From a virus (Duplodnaviria > Caudoviricetes): 54,649 bases of DNA. The notes beneath the pieces are model-generated. The model ran no database searches. It worked only from the letters and a program-made list of their open reading frames with translations, and was not told where the DNA came from. The stretch lies in IMG/VR virus record IMGVR_UViG_3300012890_000076, positions 1 through 54,649 of that record; one strand, 5' to 3'. Within the stretch, counting starts at the first letter, position 1, and each line of letters opens with the position of its first letter. Below are positions 28,199 to 37,272 of the stretch, piece after piece. Both the position numbers and the translations under genes were made by a program.

Positions 28199-30489
28199 CC
28201 GAGGCCGCGATGGAGGACGCCATACCGGCGCTTGCCCTCCCGCACCGGGGCCTCGGCGGCGTTGGGAGGTCCGCCCCGGGGCTTGTCACCCGAGATGCGC
28301 CGGACGCCTGAAAGGCGCGGCGCCTCCGCCGGGGACGGCGCAGGGCGAGGTTCATCCCGCGAACCGTCCGGCTCCACCCGTGGCCCGTGCAAGGTCACGG
28401 GATCCGCCGCGGCCCGACGTGCGCCCGACGCCGGCACGTTGTCCGCATTTGCGGTCACAGGCGGCTTTGGGCGGTTCCGCTTCTTCCGCATCGGCATCAC
28501 CTCCGGGTCGAGCGACATGGCGTTCCTCGATTTCGTGCTCTTGGCGCCCTGCCAGATCATGGCCGCGAGGGAATAGACGACGCAGTCCAGCACCTCGTTC
28601 GAGACATGGTCCTGCCCGGGCGGCTTGCCCCACCAGCAGATGTCCGCGTTCGCCGGGTCGTGGTGGAGGATCTCGGCGGTCAACTGCTGGAAGAAGTCGG
28701 TGCCCCGCAGGGTGCCCGAGAACCGGAACGAATAGGGCTGCCCCGGTTCGATGCGCAGGCAGTCGTCGATGTGGTCCTTGAGCCCCTGGGTGCCGACGTA
28801 ATCGAAGTCGATGCCACCGCTCTTGTCCGCGTTGCGGGGGCGCTTGGTGATCGGCTTGGCCCGGTTCTGGCGGTAGCCCTTGGCCTCCTTCCGCCCCTTG
28901 AACGGGATGATCTTCCGGCGCTTGCTCTCGCGCAGCCGGCAGAACGCCAAGGCCTTCTGGGTCAGGTAGCCGATGTCGACGCCCACGCGGGACGGGTACA
29001 GGACGGTGCCGTCCGGCTTCTCCCACCCCTCGTCCAGCATGGCCCAGATCTGCCGGGCGGCGTCGGGGCCGAACGGGTCGATGGGCTCCCAATCCTGGTG
29101 GATCTCACCGTCGTCGTCGACGAGCTCGATGGCGGTGCGGTCGATGATGCGGCGGCCGAGGATGAACTTCTCCTCGTTCCGGCCGACGCCCGTGAACACG
29201 GCCTCGTGGCGAGGCAACTGGTTGCGCCGGTGCGAGCCCTCCTGGGTGTCGATGCCGACGAGGATCTCCTGGACCTCCTGCGGGCACGGGGCGTCGAAGT
29301 CCTCGCACCGAGCCTCAAGCTCGTCGGGATCCGTCTTGCCCTCGACCTCAGGCGTGTAGGGCTTGGCCAGCCACAGGTTGACCCAGTTCTGTCGGCGCGT
29401 CGGGTCGCGAAGCTGCGCCCGGTACTCCTTGATGATCTCGGCCCACGCGGACTGCGGATCCTTGGAATGGATCGCCCACGAGTAGATGCCCCAATGCCCC
29501 TCGTCCGCCGTGTCCGCCGCCGTGGCGACGATCTCGCCGGCCTCCATGACGTCGTTCTTGGCGATGGGCTCCGAGAGCCACTTCTTGCACCCGGCGCACT
29601 CGTAGCCGATCTCGACCGCCTTCCCGGCGTCGTCGCACCTGAACTTGAGCCCCGGACCCGGAATCTCGCCCTTCACCCCGGCCTGGCTGACGTTGGGCAG
29701 GAACTCCTGCGGAGGGGCGTCGCAGCATGGGAAGGGGGCCATGAGCACGCCCTTGTCGGACCGCTCCCACTCCAGCGCGACGACGCAGTTCGGGGTCGTG
29801 GGCGTGCCGCCGGCGTAGACCTTCGGGTCGAAGTACTCGGCCGCGCGCCGGGCGGCGAGCTCGATCTTGTTGCCCTCGGACCCCTTGCCCTTGGCGAGGA
29901 AGGCCGGGTCGCCGGTCTCGTCGGCTGCCACCAGGTAGCCGCGGATGGCCTTGAAGGCGGCGTCGATCTGCACGCCGCGAAGCTGGATGACCGCCCCGTT
30001 CGCCAGGTAGATGTCGGTCCACGCGTCCTTGACCTCGGCCCCGGCCGTCTCGCGGATGAGGTGCCGGAGCGACGTCGACGCCTGAAGGATCGGCTTGAGC
30101 TTCTTGTCGTGGAAGTCCTGCGCGTCCGGGATCGTCCTCTCGTAGAAGATGACGTCCTGGGCCTCGTAGCAGGCGAAGTAGAGGAGGAGCAGCGCCAGGA
30201 GGAGCGAGGAGCCCGCCCGGGGGGGCTTGAGGTAGACGACCCGGCGGACGCCCTTCTTCTGGAAGGCGCGGGCGATGGCGCGCTGGATGACGTCCAGCAC
30301 CACGGGCCCGGGGCGAGACCCGTTCGGGATGACGCAGTTACCCTCGATCCACGCGACGATGTCGACGTAGGGGTTCGGCACCAGGTGGGTGCAGGCCTCG
30401 ATGAGGTTGTCGCAGAAGGCCTCGAAGCCGGGGAGCGCGAGCTCGACGACGGCGGCCCGGACCTCGGGGCTAAGCTCGACGGGTTGCAT
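28192..30489 (-). CDS. terL: Terminase large subunit, lambda GpA family
   Basis: KPPRAGSS Walker-A variant, AADE Walker B, GGTPT, GIDTQ, QLTAE, NEVLDCVVYSLAA. Confidence 0.93.
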   Translation of the reverse strand: MQPVELSPEVRAAVVELALPGFEAFCDNLIEACTHLVPNPYVDIVAWIEGNCVIPNGSRPGPVVLDVIQRAIARAFQKKGVRRVVYLKPPRAGSSLLLALLLLYFACYEAQDVIFYERTIPDAQDFHDKKLKPILQASTSLRHLIRETAGAEVKDAWTDIYLANGAVIQLRGVQIDAAFKAIRGYLVAADETGDPAFLAKGKGSEGNKIELAARRAAEYFDPKVYAGGTPTTPNCVVALEWERSDKGVLMAPFPCCDAPPQEFLPNVSQAGVKGEIPGPGLKFRCDDAGKAVEIGYECAGCKKWLSEPIAKNDVMEAGEIVATAADTADEGHWGIYSWAIHSKDPQSAWAEIIKEYRAQLRDPTRRQNWVNLWLAKPYTPEVEGKTDPDELEARCEDFDAPCPQEVQEILVGIDTQEGSHRRNQLPRHEAVFTGVGRNEEKFILGRRIIDRTAIELVDDDGEIHQDWEPIDPFGPDAARQIWAMLDEGWEKPDGTVLYPSRVGVDIGYLTQKALAFCRLRESKRRKIIPFKGRKEAKGYRQNRAKPITKRPRNADKSGGIDFDYVGTQGLKDHIDDCLRIEPGQPYSFRFSGTLRGTDFFQQLTAEILHHDPANADICWWGKPPGQDHVSNEVLDCVVYSLAAMIWQGAKSTKSRNAMSLDPEVMPMRKKRNRPKPPVTANADNVPASGARRAAADPVTLHGPRVEPDGSRDEPRPAPSPAEAPRLSGVRRISGDKPRGGPPNAAEAPVREGKRRYGVLHRGLGW
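28379..28399 (-). promoter_or_regulatory. Motif A copy inside the terL 3' end, upstream of gpW/portal
   Basis: Exact 21-mer. Confidence 0.7.
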
Positions 30490-31084
30490 GGTCGCGCATG
30501 GCCTGGTCGACGGCCTTGGCCCCCTCGCCGAGGGCGCCGGCGCAGTAGCCCTTGGCCTTGTCCCGCCAGCGGTCCACGAGGTCCGGGGGGAAGCCGGCCA
30601 TGTCCCGGCAGATTCGGTCCGGGATCGACATCACGGCCTGGCGGATGATGCCGTTGGCCCGCTGCTGCGCCTCGACCATGGGGGCCCGGGGCACCAGGTC
30701 CTTGAGGCGCTCGCCGACCCGGGAGAACCGGTCCATCGCCTGCGCCGCCTTGTTGGGATCGGTCATCCCCATCCACCCCTCGAAACCGCCGGCGACGGCC
30801 TTGGGGGCGTTCTTGACGGCGTCCGTCCGGGCCTGGGTCTCGCGCCAGTCGATGAACTTGCGGACGTCGATGTGGTAGCCGACCCCGTGCCAGCCGTCCT
30901 TCTCGACTGGCAGCCCCTTCCTGCGGATCCACTCTGAGAGGGTGTCCCGGTGGTAGCCGGTGATCTCGGCGAGCTCGACGATGTTGACGACCCGGCCCTT
31001 GGGAGCCTCGTCCGCATTTGCGGTCACGGGTTCGCCGGCGAGGTCCTCGCCGTCCCGAATGCCGGATCCCGTCCCCTCAGCCAT
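30470..31084 (-). CDS. terS: Terminase small subunit, Nu1-like
   Basis: VNIVELAEITGYHRDTLSEWIRRKGLP...YHIDVRKFIDWR winged HTH; overlaps the terL start. Confidence 0.88.
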   Translation of the reverse strand: MAEGTGSGIRDGEDLAGEPVTANADEAPKGRVVNIVELAEITGYHRDTLSEWIRRKGLPVEKDGWHGVGYHIDVRKFIDWRETQARTDAVKNAPKAVAGGFEGWMGMTDPNKAAQAMDRFSRVGERLKDLVPRAPMVEAQQRANGIIRQAVMSIPDRICRDMAGFPPDLVDRWRDKAKGYCAGALGEGAKAVDQAMRDHATRRA

Positions 31085-31248
31085 GCCCTCGTTTCCGCAT
31101 TCCAAAACCGACGTCCGCATTTGCGGTCAGTGACTTGGCTCCGATCCGAATGCGGAATGCGGAACCGATTTGAAAAAATTCACACTCAGCGAGGTGTCAC
31201 GGGCGAATGCCTCCCCGCACGCCACAGGGGGCCTCTGGGGTCCCCATC

Positions 31249-31284
31249 GCGTGCGCCCACCGTCGGGCGCACGTCGGGCGCACA
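31249..31284 (-). repeat. Motif C copy, inverted relative to 8184-8219
   Basis: GCGTGCGCCCACCGTCGGGCGCACGTCGGGCGCACA. Confidence 0.9.
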
Positions 31285-31457
31285 GCCTGGGGGTCGGGAG
31301 GATGCCATCCGGCATCCCCGCTGCCCCCGCGCGCATCGCGCCGCCCTCTACATCTTCGGCCCCCGGGTGATGGATCGGACCTGCGTCCCCGCACGCTCAT
31401 AGGCCGCGTGGGCTGAGGCAGGCCGCCTCCTGTGTGATGCCAGGGTCGGCAGGGGGG

Positions 31458-31478
31458 CGTGGCCCGTGCAAGGTCACG
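31458..31478 (-). promoter_or_regulatory. Motif A copy upstream of terS
   Basis: Exact 21-mer. Confidence 0.75.
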
Positions 31479-31480
31479 AG

Positions 31481-31747
31481 GCCCATCCCCATCCCCATGC
31501 GCCCCATGCCCCATGGCCCCATCCCCATGGGCATCCGCACTCCTCATGGCCCATGGCCCATCCCCATGCGCCCCATGCCCCATGGGCCTATCCCCATGGG
31601 GCATGGGCATGGGCACCGACGCCATGGGCCTCATGGGCTAAGTCTTTGATATTGCGCCATGCGTCCCATCTGGCCCCATGGGCACGCCATGGGCTTTCAT
31701 GGGCATGGGATGGGGCACCATGGGGCATGGGGCGCATGGGGATGGGC
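31481..31747. repeat. CCCAT/ATGGG repeat array; putative packaging (cos/pac) region
   Basis: About 22 CATG; 29-30-bp unit at 31488-31516 and 31556-31585, exact inverted copy at 31718-31747. Confidence 0.85.
31639..31651 (-). promoter_or_regulatory. IHF binding site
   Basis: Minus strand TATCAAAGACTTA matches WATCAANNNNTTR; the only AT-rich patch in the array. Confidence 0.75.
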
Positions 31748-31753
31748 TGTACT

Positions 31754-32716
31754 TCACCGGCGCTTGATGGAGGTGGCGCGATAGATCCGGCTCATCTCCT
31801 GGGAGATGTGGGCGGCTCGCGTGATGTCGCCCCGGGCGTTGGCCGCGTCCCTCTGTGCCTTGAGTGTGGCGATGCGGGCGTCGGTCGCCTTGCGGCCCGC
31901 ATGCCGGATGTTGTTGGCGAGCTCGTTGGCCATGAGGTCCGGGATGGCCCGTCGGGCCTCGGCCACGGCGCTTTCGAAGGGGCGCTGCATGATGGGCTGG
32001 TAGTCGGCATGTGGGATCTCGATGAGCAGGATCCGCGGCCTGTCCAAGTTGACCACCTTGGTCGGGTCCTTGACCTTGCCCTTGCCGTTGATGAACCGGG
32101 ACCGCTGCGTCCCGGCATCCGTGACGGGCGCGCGCACCCTGGGCGGGCGCGCGATGTACCCCTGGAGGCGCGTGCCCCCGGCGTCGATCTCGCCTTTGTA
32201 GACCCCCCACCGGCCCGGGACCGACCGTTTGGCGTACACCCCGGAGGCGTTGCGGATGAGCCTGGCCATGGTCGACCCGGGCAGGTCGCCGGAGGCGTTG
32301 GGGCGGATCCCCTGCGTCCGTTCCAGATTGTCCCAATGGGGAACGAGCACACGGTCCTGCGCGAGGCCGACGTCCCCCGGCAGGCGCCGGTTCCGGTTGT
32401 CGCCCATAGCGTATTTCAAGACGGCGCTCTGGCTGTCCAGGACGTACGCCTCGGCCTCGACCTCCCCCGGGGAGCGCCCCTTCCCGAGACTCCTGCGGTA
32501 CTGCCACCCCTGGAGCATCCAGGGTGTCGGGCGGTCGAAGACCTCGCCCGTGGCCGCCCGCATGTTCTCCGTGACCGTCTTCGCGGACTGGTCCGTGACC
32601 CATGCCGAAGCACGGACGAACTTCGAGTACGAGGCCTCGGAGACATACTGCTCCTCCCATGCCGCGATTGCCTCGCGGAGGTCGGAGAGCAGGACCATGT
32701 CGTAAGCGCTGGGCAT
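31754..32716 (-). CDS. Conserved phage morphogenesis-type protein (gpZ-like, FDRPTP motif)
   Basis: VFDRPTPW motif recalled from lambdoid genes upstream of terminase; basic; GGAGGAG upstream. Confidence 0.65.
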   Translation of the reverse strand: MPSAYDMVLLSDLREAIAAWEEQYVSEASYSKFVRASAWVTDQSAKTVTENMRAATGEVFDRPTPWMLQGWQYRRSLGKGRSPGEVEAEAYVLDSQSAVLKYAMGDNRNRRLPGDVGLAQDRVLVPHWDNLERTQGIRPNASGDLPGSTMARLIRNASGVYAKRSVPGRWGVYKGEIDAGGTRLQGYIARPPRVRAPVTDAGTQRSRFINGKGKVKDPTKVVNLDRPRILLIEIPHADYQPIMQRPFESAVAEARRAIPDLMANELANNIRHAGRKATDARIATLKAQRDAANARGDITRAAHISQEMSRIYRATSIKRR

Positions 32717-32738
32717 AGCCGGATGGGGCGGTCTCCTC

Positions 32739-32759
32739 CGTGGCCCGTGCAAGGTCACG
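32739..32759 (-). promoter_or_regulatory. Motif A copy at the head of the leftward late region
   Basis: Exact 21-mer. Confidence 0.75.
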
Positions 32760-33052
32760 AGGCCCTAGGGAGGTCGCCACGTGGCCCTACGGGATGGATG
32801 TGGGCAAACCCCTGTTCCAGGCCCACGACGGCCGATGCCGGGGGCCTGGGAGGCTACGCCCTGTCCCTCCGGGAGGGGATCCTGAGCCTTCGGCCCTGGA
32901 AAGGGTTGGGAGGCGATCCGGGGCTTCGCCCTGGCCCTGCCGGGGGATGGCGACCCTGGAAACGACGACGCCCGCCCCGGTTTCCCTGAGGCGGGCGTGT
33001 GTCACCCAGACTTGTGGCTCAAGCTCAGGCCCAGAGTCTCTCGACCCTGCCC

Positions 33053-35125
33053 TCAGTGTAGGCGCCGGCCCTGCACGTCACAAGGGCTGGGGCGGTCGGG
33101 AATGATACTCACCGGGAAGCACCGCCGACCGGTCTCCATCTCCCAGGCGAGGCTGAATTTGGCATCGGCAACGGCCTCCCGCTCACGGTCGGAACGGTCC
33201 CAGTACGAGGTTCGGATGCCTTCCCTACGGTCCTGGCGATGGAGAGCGTGGATGGTTCGGGTGTGGTGCTGGATCAGGTCTTCGAGGCGGGCGACAGGGT
33301 CTCGGAGGAAGGCGGGGACGGCCTTCCGGGGCTTGGATGGGGCCGGGGGAACCTGGGTAGGATGGGGCCGGGTCGGGGCCGGGTCGGCAGGCAAGACCAG
33401 CCCTAGAATAGCGTGACGCGGACCGTGCATCTGCTCGGACGCATCCTCCATGGCGGCGGCCTGAGGAAGGGCTTCCGCCTCTGTCTCGACAGTCTCCGGA
33501 CCGGTGTAGACGACGCCGCCAAACCCGATCTCGACCCGCTCCAGGTATGCTGCCGCGGTGTTGCGCGAGCATCCGATGACCTTCGCGATCTCGGTGATGG
33601 TGAGCCCCTCGACGAACGCCAGGTTGAACGCAAACTTGCACACGACCTGATCGAGGCGAGCAAGTTCCTCGCGGCTCTGAGAGCCCTTGGCGGCCCGGCG
33701 CTTCCGCTGGCGCTCGGCCGCCGTCATCGGCGCGCGGGTGGGATCCGCCGGGCGGAGTCGCACCAGGCCAAGTTCGGCCGCGAGGGCCTCGGTGATGCCG
33801 ATCTCGTCCACGATGCGCTGCGCGCCGTATCCGTAGACCGTCGACCGGGTTCCGTCGCCCCATGATGAGGTCTCGCCCGCCTCGTGCCGGCGAAGGCGCT
33901 TCTCGACAGGCACGAGGTAGGAGACGAGGTCCTCAAGGGTGAGGCCGTCTCCGACGCAGTAGTCCGCAAGGGCCTCGGCCCACGTCCGGGCATCGCCACC
34001 GGCACCCGCGGATGCCCATGCCGAAGCGACGTGATGGGCCATGAGGCAGCGGCGGCGGATGCCGGCGAGGCCTGCCTGGCCATGATGGGCGGCGACGCGC
34101 AGGAGTTCGTCCGCGACCTGCGCATAGAAGCCATTGCCGGAACGAATCGGTCGTGCCGCGCGGACGGGGCGCCCCTCGGCCACCGCCCGGGCCTCGCGCT
34201 CGGCCTGTTCCGCCTTGCGCTCAGCGATCTCCTGCCGGGTGTAGGGCAGGACAACGTTGGCGAAGTCCTCGAAGTCGAGACGCTCGACGTCGTGCCAGGA
34301 GGCGGGCCACAGGAGCCGGACGAGGGTCCCGGACTTCTCGTTGATCGTGCCGGCGATGCGATGAACGCGGGGCATGTCGCCCACGGTCGCGTCGAGGTCC
34401 ATGCCAGTCCAGAGGGCGCGGAGCGCGTCCGCCTTTGCGGTCACGCGCTCCGCATCTGCCCGGAGGTTAGTGCGGAAGGTCATGCCCCAGAACGATTGCA
34501 GCGCGCGCTTGACCCGCACTGCGGTTCTGGCCGGGAGGGGGTTGAGGCTGAGCCAGACGCCCCAGATGCCACGGCCCGAGGAGAGCACGTAGGACGGCCT
34601 GGGGATGCCGGCGGCGTCGAACCGGGCGAGCAAGATGCCGGCGATCTCCTCCGGGTCCATGCCGTAGTAGGCGGACTTCGGCGTGATCTCGCAGTCGAAC
34701 CATGCGAACGCGTTGATGCGGGCGAGACCGTCGTTGACGCGCGTGTCGTTGAACCTTTGGAGCGAGACGTGCGTGGCCTCGAAGGTCCGCAGCACCTTGC
34801 GGACGTCCCTGGGGCGGCAGGAGATGGATTTCTTGAAGTCGTAGCCCATGAGCGTGAGCAGGTGCCGCCCGTTCTTGGGGTGCAGCACCGACAGGTGGGC
34901 GAGCATCGCCTCAACGTTCGCCACCGGCGCGCGCAGGCCTTCGGTCTCCTCGGCATCGAGGAGAAACGCGGGCAAAACGGGCGTGGGACGGTGCTGGAGT
35001 TGCAAGGGTATCTCTGGGCTTGCGGGGAGCCACCACCCGCGTCGTTCTTCCAATGTACGCTTGGCGATGCCTGCCACAAGCCCCGACCGCGCTTCCCTAG
35101 GGCCCGAGGTTAACGTCGGGGCCAC
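33053..35125 (-). CDS. Plasmid-type replication initiator: RepB'/AEP-like primase domain plus C-terminal HTH
   Basis: WFDCE, PSYVLSSGRGIWGVW, DMPRVHRIAGTINEKSG; EGLTITEIAKVIGCSRNTAAAYL HTH; start uncertain. Confidence 0.7.
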   Translation of the reverse strand: MAPTLTSGPREARSGLVAGIAKRTLEERRGWWLPASPEIPLQLQHRPTPVLPAFLLDAEETEGLRAPVANVEAMLAHLSVLHPKNGRHLLTLMGYDFKKSISCRPRDVRKVLRTFEATHVSLQRFNDTRVNDGLARINAFAWFDCEITPKSAYYGMDPEEIAGILLARFDAAGIPRPSYVLSSGRGIWGVWLSLNPLPARTAVRVKRALQSFWGMTFRTNLRADAERVTAKADALRALWTGMDLDATVGDMPRVHRIAGTINEKSGTLVRLLWPASWHDVERLDFEDFANVVLPYTRQEIAERKAEQAEREARAVAEGRPVRAARPIRSGNGFYAQVADELLRVAAHHGQAGLAGIRRRCLMAHHVASAWASAGAGGDARTWAEALADYCVGDGLTLEDLVSYLVPVEKRLRRHEAGETSSWGDGTRSTVYGYGAQRIVDEIGITEALAAELGLVRLRPADPTRAPMTAAERQRKRRAAKGSQSREELARLDQVVCKFAFNLAFVEGLTITEIAKVIGCSRNTAAAYLERVEIGFGGVVYTGPETVETEAEALPQAAAMEDASEQMHGPRHAILGLVLPADPAPTRPHPTQVPPAPSKPRKAVPAFLRDPVARLEDLIQHHTRTIHALHRQDRREGIRTSYWDRSDREREAVADAKFSLAWEMETGRRCFPVSIIPDRPSPCDVQGRRLH

Positions 35126-35291
35126 TTGAGGGCCTGAAGCCCCCGATCTGGCGTTAGGAGGGGCATCCGGCGCCGAATCGGTGATGCCATTCTCGCCGGT
35201 TCCGACCCGCGGGGGAACGACATGAGCGGCGACCCTGGTGGCGGTCGACCGACGCGGCTCTGCTGGAGGCTCACCCGCCGGAGCCCGCCCC

Positions 35292-35612
35292 GTGTCTCAC
35301 GTCTCATCCCACCGCGCCCACGCCACCGATCATTCCGTTCGCCGGTACGCCGAGCGCCTCCTCGGCCTCGATGCCGAGGGCCTCGATGACCCGGCCGCCC
35401 TCGCGCGCGCGCATGCGCAGGGGATCGACTGTGAGGCGGTACGCCGGCACCTGGCGTCCCTCGGGGGCGTCATCCTCGCGGCCGGCATGCGCTCGGGCGT
35501 CGTGGTCGTGCCCGCCGACCGCATCAGCCTGCGCGTGAAGGACGGCAGGGTCGTCACCATCGTCACGGCACCCGTCCGCCGGCCCACGCGCCATCTCCGC
35601 CGGGCGGCGTGA
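35292..35612 (+). CDS. Small conserved phage protein (TDHSVRRYAER...GRVVTI)
   Basis: H..RY.ER / VVT pattern of RelE-fold-like phage proteins. Confidence 0.6.
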   Translation: MSHVSSHRAHATDHSVRRYAERLLGLDAEGLDDPAALARAHAQGIDCEAVRRHLASLGGVILAAGMRSGVVVVPADRISLRVKDGRVVTIVTAPVRRPTRHLRRAA

Positions 35613-35628
35613 CCTTGCACGGGCCACG
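35608..35628 (+). promoter_or_regulatory. Motif A copy, plus orientation, upstream of the lysis cassette
   Basis: Exact CGTGACCTTGCACGGGCCACG. Confidence 0.75.
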
Positions 35629-35645
35629 GGGCGGGGCGTCCGCTG

Positions 35646-35897
35646 ATGAGCATGAAGGCCGCCGCCGGCGGCAGTCGAGCCTCCTCAGTGTCAGCCGAGA
35701 TCATCCCCTTTCCCCAGCGTGAGCACCGCTTCGATTCGCCGTGTGCGGATCCCGCTACCTGCGGCAGCGTGTTCGAGATCGTCAGTGCCGGCACGCGTGC
35801 CGTCGTCTGCACCCGCTGCGGCAAGGCTGCCGTGATCGACGCCGCCCTGGAGGAGCTCGACGCGGCAATCGCCGCATCGGAGGCCTCCAATGCCTAA
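35646..35897 (+). CDS. Small Cys-rich (zinc-ribbon-like) protein
   Basis: CADPATC...CTRC; overlaps the endolysin start. Confidence 0.55.
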   Translation: MSMKAAAGGSRASSVSAEIIPFPQREHRFDSPCADPATCGSVFEIVSAGTRAVVCTRCGKAAVIDAALEELDAAIAASEASNA

Positions 35898-36426
35898 CCT
35901 ACCCACCGCATACGCCTGGCTCTCCAAGGAGACCGGCCCCCGCGTCCTCATCGAGGCCCTCGCCCTGTTCGGGACGAAGGAGACCCCCGGGACCGCATCG
36001 AATCCCGCCATCCTGGCCTGGGCGAAGGAGGTCGGCGTCGCCGGCGCCTACGTCAACGACGGCATCGCATGGTGCGGCCTGTTCGTCGCCACGGTGGTGA
36101 AGCGCGCCGGCTTCGAGCCGGTGAAGAACCCCCTCTGGGCCCGCAACTGGGGCTCCTTCGGGACCCCGGCCGCCAAGCGGTCCCTCGGTGACATCCTGGT
36201 GTTCGAGCGCGAGGGCGGGGGTGGCCACGTCGGCCTCTACGTCGGCGAGGACGACACCTCCCTCTACGTCCTGGGCGGCAACCAGAGCGACCAGGTGTGC
36301 ATCACCCGCATCGCCAAGAGCCGCTGCATCGCCGCCCGGCGGTGCCCCTGGAAGCTGGCGCAGCCCGCCAACGTCCGCCCGATCCGGCTCGCCGCCGGCG
36401 GCGCCCTCTCCACGAACGAGGCCTGA
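35890..36426 (+). CDS. Endolysin, TIGR02594/NlpC-P60-like peptidase
   Basis: NPAILAW, IAWCGLF (Cys), GGGHVG (His), VLGGNQSD. Confidence 0.88.
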   Translation: MPNLPTAYAWLSKETGPRVLIEALALFGTKETPGTASNPAILAWAKEVGVAGAYVNDGIAWCGLFVATVVKRAGFEPVKNPLWARNWGSFGTPAAKRSLGDILVFEREGGGGHVGLYVGEDDTSLYVLGGNQSDQVCITRIAKSRCIAARRCPWKLAQPANVRPIRLAAGGALSTNEA

Positions 36427-36427
36427 G

Positions 36428-36565
36428 ATGGACGCCGAGACGAAGTCCATCGAGCGCCAGATCCTGGAGATCCGGCTCCGGCTGCTCCTGTCCCGTTGCG
36501 AGGGCAATATCGTCCGCAAACTGGAGGCCGCCCGGCTCCTCTGCAAGCTGGCGAGGCTCGCGTGA
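36428..36565 (+). CDS. Small hypothetical protein in the lysis cassette
   Basis: Fills the gap exactly; GTGA coupling to the next gene. Confidence 0.45.
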   Translation: MDAETKSIERQILEIRLRLLLSRCEGNIVRKLEAARLLCKLARLA

Positions 36566-36981
36566 CCGCGCTCCTCGGCCTGCTGGGCTCCGGCCTCGGA
36601 CCCGCCGGCATCGTCGCCGCCCTCGTGGCCGCGACCGTCGCCGCGTGGGTCTACCTCGGCCGGGCCGGGGCCATCGCGGTCGCGCTGCTCGGCCTGGTGC
36701 TGGTGGCGTATGTCACCGGATCCCACCAGGCCACCACGGCCGCCAGGCTCGGGACCGCATATGCGGACACCGCCCGGGCCATGGCCTCCCTCGTGGAGGA
36801 GCGCCGTCAGGTCGCCGCGGCCGCCACCATCGCATCCGCCGACGCCCGCCGGGCCATGGCGGCCGAGGACGAGGCGGAATCTTCCGCCAAGCGCCTCGCG
36901 GAGCTTGAGGCCTGGCTGTCCGCATTTGCGGACACGCCCTGCGCCACGGCCGACGACGCCCGCCGCCTGAGGGAACTGTGA
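36562..36981 (+). CDS. Putative inner-membrane spanin (Rz-like)
   Basis: N-terminal TM segments, Ala-rich coiled coil, C-terminal Cys. Confidence 0.65.
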   Translation: MTALLGLLGSGLGPAGIVAALVAATVAAWVYLGRAGAIAVALLGLVLVAYVTGSHQATTAARLGTAYADTARAMASLVEERRQVAAAATIASADARRAMAAEDEAESSAKRLAELEAWLSAFADTPCATADDARRLREL

Positions 36982-37271
36982 TGCGCAAGCGCCTCCTCGC
37001 CCTCGTGCTCCTGATCGGCCTGACGCTGGGTGCCTGCACCCCGACGTCCGCCCCCGACCTCTCCACCCTGCCGGCCCTGCCGCCGGTTCCCGCCGACCTC
37101 GCGGCCTGCTTCGCGCGGGCCTTCCCCGAGATCCCGGATGCCGCCTTCGGGCGCGCCGCCGCGGTCCGGATCATCGCAACCGCCAAGCTCCTCGACCGCG
37201 CCAAGTCGGCATGCGGCGGGAGGGCCCTCGCCTGGATCGCTGACGTCCACGCCGAGTACGGGAGACACTGA
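36981..37271 (+). CDS. Putative outer-membrane spanin lipoprotein (Rz1-like)
   Basis: MRKR plus hydrophobic stretch plus LGAC lipobox; Pro-rich mature part. Confidence 0.75.
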   Translation: MRKRLLALVLLIGLTLGACTPTSAPDLSTLPALPPVPADLAACFARAFPEIPDAAFGRAAAVRIIATAKLLDRAKSACGGRALAWIADVHAEYGRH

Positions 37272-37272
37272 C

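Noticed and set aside
30200-30235. TerL Walker A lacking GKT as a sign of inactivation
   Set aside because: Lambda GpA-family terminases normally have a deviant K-x-x-R-x-G-x-S/T P-loop
31197-31649. His/Pro/Met/Gly-rich ORFs over the CATG array
   Set aside because: They are translation by-products of the DNA repeat in several frames with no convincing RBS
32780-33050. Replication origin downstream of rep
   Set aside because: Only short GC hairpins, with no AT-rich unwinding region or clear iterons; not supportable from the sequence alone
20410-35628. Motif A as a CRISPR repeat or sigma54 promoter
   Set aside because: Copies are kilobases apart with no spacer periodicity and no cas genes; the GG-N10-GC spacing needed for sigma54 was absent in the copy checked (35608)
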